From an uncultured Methanoregulaceae archaeon (lineage in GTDB: Archaea; Halobacteriota; Methanomicrobia; Methanomicrobiales; Methanospirillaceae), in NCBI GenBank assembly GCA_963737635.1, contig CAVTTL010000001.1:1728001-1792000 (forward strand): DNA of 64,000 nucleotides, read 5' to 3'. The position numbers were made by a program, and so were the translations under genes. A model generated the notes under the pieces. The model saw only the letters and a list, made by a program, of their open reading frames with translations. It was not told the DNA's origin and made no database searches. Positions 32,096 through 43,002 of the stretch are shown here, one piece after another; the stretch's first letter is position 1, and every line of letters starts with the position of its first letter.

Positions 32096-32691
32096 TCAAT
32101 ATTTGCGTGCCGGTTCTTGAGTGCTGATTCATCGGTCTTTGTTATCTCCATAAGTCGGGAGATCGCGGCGTCGGAGAAGATCATCGAGGCCGTCTCAAAG
32201 AGTGTCCCAAGCGGCGCAAACGACTTATGATCGCCCAGCATCTGCCGGATTTCAAACTCTGCCGCATCATCACGCACATCATCGCGCTGGTTTTCGATTA
32301 TCACCCTGCAGTCGGCAATTTTTCCAATCCTCGAATCGGCGTTCGAAGTGATAAGACAGATGTGTGCCCCAATCTCTTTTCCTGTCTCGGCGATATCAGC
32401 AATGGTTTTGGTCCTTCCGGACCCCGAAAAAACCACGATGACATCTCCTTTCTGGAGTGCCGGCGTGATCGTCTCGCCAACGACATACGACTGAAGGCCA
32501 AGGTGCATCAGGCGCATGGCAAAACCCTTCGCCACTAGACCCGATCGGCCTGCGCCCATCACATAAATGCGTCGTGCATTTAATATCTCGGCGAGGAACG
32601 CATCTACGTCCGCGTCGGAAATTGAAGTCGCTATTGCCCGAATCTTTGATGCCATTAGCTGCATCATTTCCTGAACCCTGTGATTTTCCAT
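32092..32691 (-). CDS. hxlB: 6-phospho-3-hexuloisomerase
   Basis: GAGRSGL..K.FAMRLMHLG, VGET.TP, SGSG.T, APLGTLFE, HANIE. Confidence 0.93.
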   Translation of the reverse strand: MENHRVQEMMQLMASKIRAIATSISDADVDAFLAEILNARRIYVMGAGRSGLVAKGFAMRLMHLGLQSYVVGETITPALQKGDVIVVFSGSGRTKTIADIAETGKEIGAHICLITSNADSRIGKIADCRVIIENQRDDVRDDAAEFEIRQMLGDHKSFAPLGTLFETASMIFSDAAISRLMEITKTDESALKNRHANIE

Positions 32692-32810
32692 CCTGCTCGC
32701 AAGAATGGTGTTATCCCATAGTAGATGAGAATTTCGTACCGGCCGTAAAGCTGGTATCGGCTACAGGAACGAGGAAGAGAAACATCCTCACAAAACGCAT
32801 TTGTCGTGTT

Positions 32811-34322
32811 CTAAGCCCCTGTTACCTTGTAATGGGTGATATTACCAATGGGCACGAGCTTCCCGTTCTCTAGCACAGAAACGGCACCATGACCGCCGCA
32901 GATCCGGCAGCGTTTCTGCTGCGTACTAAGACGCTGATCGGTCTCAGCAGCAAGTTCAAGAAGTTCTTTTCGTTCCTTGCGCGCGAGATTGCTGTCCACA
33001 TTAACTGATGTGACCAGAAAATCGGCAAGGGAATTATAGCTTGCCCGTTCCAGCGTAAGGCTGGAAAAATTGATGACAGCATCGGCGGTGAAGAGCAGCC
33101 CTTCAGATCCTGAATACAGATAGATCTGTCCGTTTGTATGGCCTCCCAGTCCTTCGAGCACTTCAAGAATAAGATCGCCGATGGTGACTGTCCCAATGAC
33201 GGGAAAGATACTGCGTGTTGCCGTTCCGGCCCTCGGTAGGCAGGTAATCTCTCTGGGGGGTCTGAACTGTGAGAAGAGATTGATCATCTTAGTGTAAAAT
33301 GCTTCAAGAACCGAATGCTCGTTCCGCGAACCATATGCACGGTTGTTCGTTTTTATAATCTCCCGCGTGCCGGTATGCATGAGTGCACTTCCCGGGAAAA
33401 AACCTCCTCCCCCGCAGTGATCGGCATCTGCATGGGAGATAACTATCTGGGTAAACTGGTCTTCTTCACCGAGACCGAAGTGGGAAAACATCGCCATAAC
33501 ATCGTCGTGGTAAATGCCATACCCGGTATCGATCATCAGGGTTTCTTTGCCAGCAGTAAGGACATAGATACTGCCGCCGCAGGGCAGCTGAAAACAGAAG
33601 AGGTCGACCTGCGGGGTGACTGCAATTTTCTGAATATCCGCATAGAAATTCCTTCCTGATGTAGCACGCAGTGTCCGACCGGTCTGGAGCACACTATCGA
33701 AGACCTGTTGGGGATTATTCCCCCGGTTCATCAGTTCCTGCGCGATATGATTGGTATCTGCAAGAAACGAAAGAAGGAAAGTATTTTCGGATTCACCGAT
33801 AAGGTCCCGGATTTCCTGGGCAAACCGTACATAGAAAATGGTGTTGTCAAGGTTTTTACCAGTAGTATCGTATTCGAGAATCTCGAGACGGTACCGGGAT
33901 TTGAGTTGATCCAGAAGCTGTTCAACTGATGCCGGGTCTTCCAGATTCAGGCTGACGGTCAGCCGGTCAGGATATCGCCCGGTATCATCAAAATCGACAA
34001 AACCGATATTTGCCCCGGATTCTGTCGTATATTTCAGGAACCGGCTGAGAGATCCCAGCGTATGGGGCAGATGCACATAGAATTTAAGGAAACTTGAAGG
34101 TTTTAACGAGGTCTGGAGGTACCCGATTGCAGCAAGATCCCGGGTAATCCTGACATAATCATCTGCAGTCGCAGTCACTTCGTAAAAGACCGTGCAGGGA
34201 TCGATCCTCCGATCATATTGGATACGATTGATATTGCCATCATATTTCGTGATAACACCGGCTGCCCTCCCAAGAGAACCGGGTTCATCAGGCATGTGGG
34301 CAATAAAACCAAATTTTTTCAC
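32811..34322 (-). CDS. ACT-domain-fused metallo-beta-lactamase fold protein
   Basis: Two ACT-like segments (PDEPGSL, PHTLGSL), then IDTG, SHADADH.GG, GGHT.G, FTAD, GGHG. Confidence 0.8.
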   Translation of the reverse strand: MKKFGFIAHMPDEPGSLGRAAGVITKYDGNINRIQYDRRIDPCTVFYEVTATADDYVRITRDLAAIGYLQTSLKPSSFLKFYVHLPHTLGSLSRFLKYTTESGANIGFVDFDDTGRYPDRLTVSLNLEDPASVEQLLDQLKSRYRLEILEYDTTGKNLDNTIFYVRFAQEIRDLIGESENTFLLSFLADTNHIAQELMNRGNNPQQVFDSVLQTGRTLRATSGRNFYADIQKIAVTPQVDLFCFQLPCGGSIYVLTAGKETLMIDTGYGIYHDDVMAMFSHFGLGEEDQFTQIVISHADADHCGGGGFFPGSALMHTGTREIIKTNNRAYGSRNEHSVLEAFYTKMINLFSQFRPPREITCLPRAGTATRSIFPVIGTVTIGDLILEVLEGLGGHTNGQIYLYSGSEGLLFTADAVINFSSLTLERASYNSLADFLVTSVNVDSNLARKERKELLELAAETDQRLSTQQKRCRICGGHGAVSVLENGKLVPIGNITHYKVTGA

Positions 34323-34427
34323 AAGTACGGCTCCATTGCAGGACTAAAATAGGTACACCTTTTCGATATAGATTACGGTAAAAAAGGTACTACCGGTCAT
34401 TGACCGGCATCCGGGCGGTGCCGGATT

Positions 34428-35534
34428 TTAGTCTCTTTTCTTTGTGAGGGTAAAAATCAGGGCTGCTCCTATGCAGCCTCCGATTGCTGCCAGCGGAGAA
34501 AGCGCAAGACCGAACGGTGCCTTCATCATCTCGGGTGAGATCTCCGTCGGTTTGTTTTCTGATACGACAATGTCCATCGATACGGTCAGGTAACCGGGAG
34601 ATTTGATCTCAACCAGATGTGTCCCGGATGCAACGCTGTTCAGCGTTACCGGTGAAGTTCCTACCAGTACTGAATCGAGATAAACGGATGCGCCTGCCGG
34701 GGTTGATGAAACAACGAGTGTTCCCGAATTCGGGGAGGTGGCAGGTGTCACCTGCGGATTGCCTGACGCCCCGGTCATATTTGTCTGAGGAAGTGCGGCG
34801 GACGATGTATTGGTGGTTCCCAGTGGGGTCAGATCTGCATTGGAGGCAACGACCGTTAGTGTTTCTTTCAGGTTATTTGTCAATGAGGGGCTGCTGAAAA
34901 CAATGGTATAGGTACCTGGCTGCATATCAACATGGAACCCGTACTGGAAGTATCCCCCGGCACTCACCGGTGAGTTGAACGTATGCACCTTGTTCCCAGA
35001 AGCATCCAGCACATCGATCTCAATTGCATCTGCTGAAGTTTGCACTGTTCCCACCAGCTGAATATAATCATTGAGCACCGCCGGATTTGGGGATATTGTT
35101 GCATAAAATTCGGGTTGTCTCAGGGATATCGAAGCGGAAGAATTGATAAGCGGGTTACTGAGATCAAATGCCCTGAATGTATACACACCCGTATTCAGGT
35201 TTTCAGTCCCCTGCGCCAGGGAAGAATCCCAGAGAAATGTCCATGTTCCCGATGGATCCGTATACACGGGGTCCCCGGTTCCTGCTGTCCCCGTCAGGGT
35301 GGAGGGGGGAACCCCCGCAGAGGGGAGGCCTGGGCCGGTAACGGTGATTACAGTTGTATTACCTACGGTATTCTTCCCGTCAAATATGACACTGTCACCA
35401 ATGTAATGCTGCATGGCTCCTCGGTAAGAGATAGATACGGTTCCATCCTGGCCATGTACTGGTACGACGCATACCGCAACAAGGATCAAAAGAAGAAGTC
35501 CGTAAAATGATTCCGGAATCTTTTTAGAGCACAT
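34428..35534 (-). CDS. PEGA domain cell-surface protein
   Basis: Signal peptide; GTLVVSSTPAGASVYLD..GTSP; C-terminal TM plus KKR. Confidence 0.8.
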   Translation of the reverse strand: MCSKKIPESFYGLLLLILVAVCVVPVHGQDGTVSISYRGAMQHYIGDSVIFDGKNTVGNTTVITVTGPGLPSAGVPPSTLTGTAGTGDPVYTDPSGTWTFLWDSSLAQGTENLNTGVYTFRAFDLSNPLINSSASISLRQPEFYATISPNPAVLNDYIQLVGTVQTSADAIEIDVLDASGNKVHTFNSPVSAGGYFQYGFHVDMQPGTYTIVFSSPSLTNNLKETLTVVASNADLTPLGTTNTSSAALPQTNMTGASGNPQVTPATSPNSGTLVVSSTPAGASVYLDSVLVGTSPVTLNSVASGTHLVEIKSPGYLTVSMDIVVSENKPTEISPEMMKAPFGLALSPLAAIGGCIGAALIFTLTKKRD

Positions 35535-35706
35535 TTTTTTTCCTCACCTTTAAGAGAATATATTCTTGAGAGAATAAACGTTGTTGTTCTTTTTCTCACT
35601 TTTCACCCTGAATACCTCCCAAAGATCATCCAATTCGGTCAGGAAATGTCCCGATAACGAAACTATATGTATAGTTGCGCAGTAACCCATAACCAGAGGG
35701 ATAATC

Positions 35707-37738
35707 GTGACTGACGTCATCCAGGCAAAGATAACCGGTAATGAGCAGCTTAAAAATAAAATATCCCAAATATCGCGCGAATTTTCCTATGACGAGACCG
35801 CATATCATCTTCCGATCTCGTTTGCACTGACAGGAATTGCGGTACATGACAGGAACGCTGCTGCGGAAGTTTTTGCAAAAACCGGTAACAACCCGCTGGT
35901 TGCGTCTGAGTGCCTGCTTGCGGAAGCCACAGCTGCCGCAGGAAAGGAGCCTTCCCCTTACACGGGATTTATCAGTGACACGGTGATCCGGAAGCTTGGC
36001 TACTCCCTGGTGGATGGGAGCATTCTTGGCCTAGCCCTTATCGTTGGTACACCGAATAGTTCGGGGAGTGCAGCCGCAATCTGCCGTGAGCTTCAGGAAA
36101 AATACATGCTCACGTTCCTTGCCGGGGGCGTTATCCCGACCCTCTCTTCATCCGGCGTAAAACTTGGCCTGGATTACCGGCTCATCCCTCTGGGGTCCCA
36201 ACCTCTCCACAGTGTCTATTTTGTGGATATCATTGCACGGGTCGCAATGATGTTTGGAGGTGTCTCTCCGGGGGATACCGGACGCCTCCTTGCCTATGCA
36301 GCGGAACGTGCAAAAGCAATGGTAGTAGTCTTCCCCGGGCTATCTGATGAAGAAGTGGCCTTTGTGGACGGCATGCGTGTCCTTGGATTTCCGATCCTCA
36401 CGCTTGGCGGATATGAAGGCGGTGACTGGACACCGGCAACACCAGAAAATGTCGTGTGTACCGGGATGGAACTGAAGGGTATCCGGGTCACAGTGACTGC
36501 GATTCCTATTCCGATGGGCTGTTCTCCTGCGTTCGAAGGAAAAAGCATCAGGAAAGAGGAGATGCAGATCGAGTTTGGCGGGGGCCGATCACCCGCCTTT
36601 GAACTTTTAAGGATGAAAAATCCCGGAGAGATCGAGGATGGCAAGGTATCGGTTGTCGGGCCGGAGATCGATTCCATGAAGGAAGGCGGCGCATATCCTC
36701 TTGGTATTATTATCGATGTGGCGGGAAAGTCGATGAAGAAGGATTATGAGCCGGTACTCGAACGACGGATCCACAATTTTATCAATTATGGTGAAGGATC
36801 GTGGCACGTTGCCCAAAGGGATCTTATCTGGGTGCGGATATCCAAGGAAGCATTTGCAAAAGGGGTGAAAATCGAGCACCTGGGAAAACTCCTTGCAGGC
36901 AAGTTCCGGATGGATTTCCCCCAGCTTCTTGACGCGGTAGCCGTCACGCTCATCACAGACGAGGATAAAGTGCTTGCCGGAAAAAAAGAAGCGGAAAAAA
37001 TTTACGCCGAACGTGATGCCCGCATCAAAGGGATGCGTGACAACGAAGTTGGAACCTATTATTCCTGCACACTCTGTCAGACATTTGCCCCCAATCATGT
37101 CTGTATTATTACACCTGAGCGGCCGGCCCTCTGCGGGGCGATCAGACTGGCTTGACGGGAAGATTGCGTATGAAATGTCCCCCGCCGGCGCAAACCAACC
37201 CGTGGAGAAAGGGGCACTAATCAATGCCCAGAATGGCGAGTTCGAAGGGGTTAACCGGTTCGTCAAAAAAGCCAGCCACGGCGAAATCGAAAGGTGTTCG
37301 CTTTACAGCGTAATGGAATTCCCGATGACCTGCTGCGGGTGCTTCGAAGCCATAGCGCTGATGCTTCCTGAAGTCAACGGAATCATGGTGGTTAACCGGG
37401 AATACAAGGGCATGACACCGTCCGGCATGACATTCTCGACCCTTGCCGGAACCATTGGCGGGGGAGCCCAGACCCCGGGCTTTGCTGGCATCTCGAAGAA
37501 TTATATCCTTTCGGACCGGTTCCTCCAGGGCGAAGGGGGCATCGAACGCCTTGTCTGGATGCCTTCGCAATTAAAAGAGGAACTTAAACCCCGGCTCATC
37601 TCCCTTATGGCGGCAAAGGGACATCCCGATCTCTTTGATAAAATTGCGGATGAAACCACGGCTGAAACCATTGAGGATCTTACAGCTTTTCTCGAGCGTG
37701 TTGGTCACCCGGCGCTTACGATGAAACCCCTGATGTGA
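35707..37738 (+). CDS. acsB: Acetyl-CoA synthase, bacterial-type with N-terminal domain (frameshift at ~37146)
   Basis: A-cluster ligands CTLCQTFAPNHVC...LCGA and CGC; N-domain motifs TAY.LP, YTGFI.D, MMFGGV.PG, PAFEG.SIRK; about 676 aa when repaired. Confidence 0.92.
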
Positions 37739-37746
37739 GGTGTGAG

Positions 37747-38694
37747 ATGATACCTGAACCGAATTTTGGCTGGACGGGCACGGTAGGAGAAGTCATCCTT
37801 GGTGCAACCTGTTCTGATGGAGGGACGAGGTCACGCTCATACCGGATTGGCAGGGGAACCACACTCCCGTTCATGGAAAAAGAAAAAACATCGCCCTCGC
37901 CTCTCGTCACTTTCGATATTTGCGACGACTCCCGGTACTGGTCTCCTATAGTCAACGATTTCTGCGGAGATCTTGTCCACGATCCAAGTGCATGGGCGAA
38001 GATGGCAGAAACCTCCTACGAGGCAGATCTTATCCGTCTCTGCCTGACAAGTACCAAGCAGCGGGATTTCTCCAATATCGCCGCACTTGGGAAAACTACG
38101 GAATCTGTTCTGTCATCTACTACCCTGCCACTTATCATTGAAGGAAGCAACGAACCAAAGATTGACAGTGAAGTATTCCAGAAATGTGGCGAGGCTGGTC
38201 AGGGTGAACGCCTGCTTCTCGGGACCGCAGAAGCGGGACGGTACCGCAGTATCGCCGCTGCAGCCTTGGCGTACAACCACGCGATCATTGCCCAATCCCC
38301 CATCGATATCAACCTTGCAAAGCAGCTTAATATTCTTCTCAAGGAGATCGGGGTACCACGCGATCACATCGTTATCGATCCCTACACCGGTGCGCTTGGC
38401 TATGGTTTTGAGTATTCTTATTCTGCAATGGAGCGGATCCGGTTTTCTGCGCTCAAGGGCGACAGTGATCTCGCGATGCCGATGATCTGCGCTCCCTCGG
38501 ATTCTCTCACCATAAAGGAGGTACGTGAAGCAGATGTCGACATGAGGAATGCCATGGCTGTAGAATGGGAATTTGTGACCAGCCTTGCGGCCGCCATCGC
38601 CGGCGCTGAGATTGTCTGTGTCCGTCATCCAAGCACAGTAAAGCGACTCAAAACAGCTTTTGCGGATCTTAGTGCACGGCAGGGAGGCTCATAG
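37747..38694 (+). CDS. acsD: Corrinoid iron-sulfur protein small subunit (AcsD/CdhD)
   Basis: EV.LGAT..DGGTR, SPIDINLAKQLN, DP.TGALGYG.EYSYS.MERIR..AL.GD. Confidence 0.92.
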   Translation: MIPEPNFGWTGTVGEVILGATCSDGGTRSRSYRIGRGTTLPFMEKEKTSPSPLVTFDICDDSRYWSPIVNDFCGDLVHDPSAWAKMAETSYEADLIRLCLTSTKQRDFSNIAALGKTTESVLSSTTLPLIIEGSNEPKIDSEVFQKCGEAGQGERLLLGTAEAGRYRSIAAAALAYNHAIIAQSPIDINLAKQLNILLKEIGVPRDHIVIDPYTGALGYGFEYSYSAMERIRFSALKGDSDLAMPMICAPSDSLTIKEVREADVDMRNAMAVEWEFVTSLAAAIAGAEIVCVRHPSTVKRLKTAFADLSARQGGS

Positions 38695-38696
38695 GA

Positions 38697-40029
38697 ATGC
38701 CCCTCAAAGCCCTTGACATCTATAAACTCCTGCCAAAGAAGAACTGCAAGGAATGCGGTGATCCTACGTGCCTGACCTTTGCCATGAAACTTGCTGCCGG
38801 GAAAGCAGACCTAGATCTCTGCCCCTATCTTGATGAGAATGCAAAGTCGGTTCTTGGGGCTTCAACCCGGCCACCGATAAAACTCGTAAAACTCGGGGTT
38901 GGTGAACGTTCATTTGCCGTCGGTGAGGAGTTCGTGCTCTACCGCCACGACAAGACATTCTATCATCCACCGGGCATCATGTTTGTACTTTCCGATACGC
39001 AAACGGACGAGGAGATAGCGGCAGTGACCGCACGTGTACGTGATGAAACGCTGACACGGGTCGGGGCCGACCTGAAATTCAACGGGACAGCGATTATCAA
39101 TACAAGCGGGACGGTTGAAGCGTATGCAAGGGCGGTCACTGCAGTCGAAAAAACCGCGGGTCTCCCCGAAGTTCTGATCTCAGAGAACCCGGCAGCTCTT
39201 TCTGCTGCCCTCGTGCAGTGCGGGAGTTACCGGCCCCTGATCTGTGCAGCAACACCGGAAAATTACCGGGAGATGTGTGCGCTTGCCAAGCAGTACGGGT
39301 GCAGGCTTGTTGTCCGGGCTCAAACTCTCGATGGGCTCGCGGCGCTCACTAAGGATTGCGCTACCGAGGGGGTTTCCAATGTTGTGCTTGACCTTGCCCC
39401 GCAGACGTTGAGCGACTTTCTTTACCGATCGACGGAAATACGTCAGCTTGCCATTACCCGAGCGGCCCCGGATCTGGGTATCCGGTGTACCTGGATGCGA
39501 CGGCTTTTGTTGATGAAGATGCGGCAATTGCTCTGGGGATTGTCAAATATGCTTCTGTGATTGTAACTTCCCCGCTCTCTCCACCATCAGCAAAGGCTGC
39601 GCTCACCCTCCGCCAGAATATCTATACTGACCCCCAGAAACCCATCCAGATGAATCCCGGGCTCTACCGGGTCGTACTCCGGGAAAAGATGCACCGGTGC
39701 TTATGACGGTAAATTTTTCCCTCACCTACTTTACTCTTCAGGGATATCTGGAATCAACCCGTATTCCCTGCTTCATGTTAATTGTCGACACCGAGGGACT
39801 TTCGGTGCTAACCTCCGTCGCAGCAGGCAAGCTTAATGAGACGCTAGTGAGGGATGCGATAAAAAAATTCGGTGTTGAAAACGAAGTATCACACCGGAAA
39901 CTGATTATCCCCGGATATGCATCCCCCCTCTCGGGAAGAATCGAAGAGGCCACCGGCTGGAAAGTGCTAGTCGGGCCCCGGGATGCCGCCGAAATTGGCG
40001 AATTTCTCGTTCAGGAATGGAAACCCTAA
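38697..40029 (+). CDS. acsC: Corrinoid iron-sulfur protein large subunit (AcsC/CdhE; frameshifts at ~39480 and ~39676)
   Basis: IYKLLPK.NCKECG.PTC..FAM...CP [4Fe-4S] motif, RQNIYTDPQKP, NFSLTYF, GLSVLT..AAGK, VGPRDA. Confidence 0.92.
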
Positions 40030-41952
40030 ATGCGTACTGTTACTTTCTTTCCCAGCTACCGGAAGATCGATGCTCCCCGCGGGACGACTATCCTTGACGC
40101 CGCCCAGCGTGCCGGGATTAACATGAACGTCGTCTGCGGCGGCGTGGGCAAATGTGGAAAATGTATTGTTTATATCCAATCCGGTAAGACAGAATTCGAC
40201 CGGCAAAAGTTCGGGCGGTTCTTTACCGATGATGAACTGAAAAAGGGTGCCTGCCTTGCTTGCGTGACGACGATCCAGGGAGATCTTCAGGTCTTTATTC
40301 CTGAAAGCACGTTAATCCAGGAGCAAAAAATCCTCGTTGAAGGGGCAGATACGGAGATTGAATTCAACCCGTCCGTAAAAAAATACTATGTCGAACTTCA
40401 GCCGCCGACCCTTGCCGATCCATCCCCGGACCTTTCACGCCTGCTCTGGGGCATCCAGAAAAAAGGTGGGCCTGTTGCAGAGAAAATGTATGCACCGCTT
40501 GAGGTGATGCGGGAGATCCCTGCACTGCTCCGGCACAGTGACTGGAAAGTGACTGGAACAATTGCCCTTGTTCCCGGGGGATACCGGCTTATCGATCTCC
40601 AGGAAAATGATACCTCGCAAAGGCTCTACGGGGCAGCAGTTGATCTTGGCTCCACTACGGTCGTTGCGTACCTCTGGAATCTTATCACGGGAAAAGTGAC
40701 TGCGGTTGCTTCTAACTACAACCGGCAGATCAGCTGTGGGGAAGACATACTCGCCCGGGTCAATTATGCCCAGAAAAACGGGATCGCAAAACTCCAGACA
40801 CTTGCTGTAGAGAGCATTAACTCAGCGCTGACCTCGGCGTCCAACTCCGCCGGGATTGACCGGGAAGATATTTACGAAGTCGTGGTTGCAGGAAACACGG
40901 TAATGACCCACATGCTGCTTGGTATCGACCCGGCTTATATCATCAAGGAACCCTATGTCCCGGTGGTGCAACGGGCACTTTCGGTCGCTGCCGCAAGGAT
41001 TGGGATCACTTGTAACGACAATTGCGGGCTCTTTGCTTTCCCGGCAGTCAGTGATTTTATTGGCGGTGATATCATTGCCGACATTCTTGCTTGTGGCATG
41101 GGCGAAAAGGATGAGATCTCCCTCCTTGTCGATATTGGTACTAATTTCGAAGTTGTTCTTGGTAACCGGGAATGGATGTTTTCATGTGCAGGGGCAGCGG
41201 GTCCGGCGCTTGAAGGTGGCGAGGTACTCTTCGGTATGCGTGCAAATCCCGGTGCTATCGAGAAGATAACTATCGACCCAACAACGCTTGAGCCGGTATT
41301 TTCCACCATCAATGGGATCAAACCCCGGGGCATTACCGGTTCTGGGCTGATTGATATTCTTGCCGAACTGCTCTCTACCGGAGTCATTGACCGTACCGGG
41401 CGGATTAACACTGAGTGCAACAATCCCCGGATCCGCGTCGGCGCACATTTCCCGGAGTACGTCATTGCGTGGGCACGCGAGACCGATATCGGCAAGGATA
41501 TTGTGATTACGGAAAATGACATCAAGAACCTCATTATGAGCAAGGCTTCCATCCATGCTGCCTGCGTGACGCTCATGAAAGAGGCAGCAGTTACACGGTT
41601 CGACATTGCCACCATTTACTTCGCCGGGGCATTTGGTAACTACATCAACAAAAAGAACGCGACGATTGTAGGCCTGATCCCAGAGATCGATTTCGAACGG
41701 ATAAAGAACATCGGAAATGGAGCCGTAGTAGGTGCAAATCTTGCGCTCATCAATCGCAGACAGAGAAAACTACTCGATGGCATCGCAGGCAGGATCGCTT
41801 ATATTGAGCTCAACGCAGAACCCTCTTTCATGGATGAGTACACCTCTAGCGCGTTTCTCCCGCATACCGATCTCTCACTTTTCCCCCGGGTCCAGGCCCT
41901 TCTCGATTCCCTGCGCGAGAAAAAAGGAGGGTATCCCGAATGTCAAAGATGA
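40030..41952 (+). CDS. acsV: ASKHA/DUF4445 reductive activator of corrinoid proteins (RACo/AcsV)
   Basis: N-terminal [2Fe-2S] CGG.GKCGKC...LAC; DLGSTT, GNTVM, DIGTN.E, AGPA.EG, GSG, AGAFG. Confidence 0.9.
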   Translation: MRTVTFFPSYRKIDAPRGTTILDAAQRAGINMNVVCGGVGKCGKCIVYIQSGKTEFDRQKFGRFFTDDELKKGACLACVTTIQGDLQVFIPESTLIQEQKILVEGADTEIEFNPSVKKYYVELQPPTLADPSPDLSRLLWGIQKKGGPVAEKMYAPLEVMREIPALLRHSDWKVTGTIALVPGGYRLIDLQENDTSQRLYGAAVDLGSTTVVAYLWNLITGKVTAVASNYNRQISCGEDILARVNYAQKNGIAKLQTLAVESINSALTSASNSAGIDREDIYEVVVAGNTVMTHMLLGIDPAYIIKEPYVPVVQRALSVAAARIGITCNDNCGLFAFPAVSDFIGGDIIADILACGMGEKDEISLLVDIGTNFEVVLGNREWMFSCAGAAGPALEGGEVLFGMRANPGAIEKITIDPTTLEPVFSTINGIKPRGITGSGLIDILAELLSTGVIDRTGRINTECNNPRIRVGAHFPEYVIAWARETDIGKDIVITENDIKNLIMSKASIHAACVTLMKEAAVTRFDIATIYFAGAFGNYINKKNATIVGLIPEIDFERIKNIGNGAVVGANLALINRRQRKLLDGIAGRIAYIELNAEPSFMDEYTSSAFLPHTDLSLFPRVQALLDSLREKKGGYPECQR

Positions 41953-42979
41953 TCCCATCCCCGTATTCACGTGCGACTGGTATAGGCGCCCTTCCCCACA
42001 CCGACCCTGTACTCGCGTGCGACGATGTCCTCGATGTGTTCCCTGAATTCCCTTATGCACCCACGCTCCCCGACCGTGGACTTCTGGAAAGCATCGTTTT
42101 CAACGATTCAGCGCAGCTCCCGGGGCGGCTCATCCGTGATGACAGGTTACTCTACGATAGCACCCGGGATAATACCTCTGCGATGGAACAGGTGTACCTG
42201 GATTTTGTCGAGGAAAATTTTTCACCCTATAACCTTGATAAGGAACACGCATCTGCATTTGCAGAGATGATGACCCGTCATTTTCCTAAAGCAAAGATCC
42301 TCAAGTGCCAGGTCACTGGACCGGTTACCTTCGGTATGCAGGTTGTGGATGCGGACAAGAGGCCCATCTATTACGACTCTCAACTTGCTGATGTCCTTTC
42401 GAAAATGATTGCACTCAAGGCCCGGTGGTGCGAAAACGAGATGCAGATACAGACTGGAATCAAAGAGACCCTTGTAGTTCTCAACGAACCCTATTTTGCT
42501 TCGCTGGGATCCTCAGTCGTGCCCCTTGACCGGGGAGCTGTGAAGGCGGGCTGGCAGGATATTGCATCCCTCGTCCGGGGCGGCCTTGGCGTGCACTGTT
42601 GTTCGAACACGGACTGGGAATTTGTTATCAGTCTCGACCCTTCGGTCATCTCCCTTGACGCCTATGCAACAGCGACAGAATTCCTTCTCTACGCCGATGC
42701 GATTGCGGCTTACCTAGAACGGGGCGGGGTCATAGCTTGGGGAATTGTCCCTGCAGAATACAAGCTCTTTGCAGCAGAGACGGTTGACTCGCTCTACGCA
42801 CGGTACCGTGCGATACGAACCCAGCTGACAAAACGTATCCCGGAAGATCTTTTCGATGCCCAGTCGCTCATTACCCCCAGCTGCGGATCCGGTTTGCCGA
42901 CCGGAACGGCGCTGGTGAGATCCAGAGTGCCGCCGCGGAGATTTCCCGGAGGATCCGGGCAGAGGCAGATATTTCCTGA
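41940..42979 (+). CDS. Folate-independent (core-MetE/MesB-like) methionine synthase (frameshift at ~42887)
   Basis: TGIGALPHTDP..AC, K.QVTGPVTFG, NEP, Zn ligands GVHCC, SLD, ITPSCG; single catalytic barrel; repaired C-terminus ends at TGA 42979. Confidence 0.75.
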
Positions 42980-43002
42980 ACGTGAGAATGTTACTTGTTA
43001 CT

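Noticed and set aside
34393-34426. Two adjacent small hairpins after the PEGA gene
   Set aside because: Most simply an ordinary 3'-end structure; no further evidence
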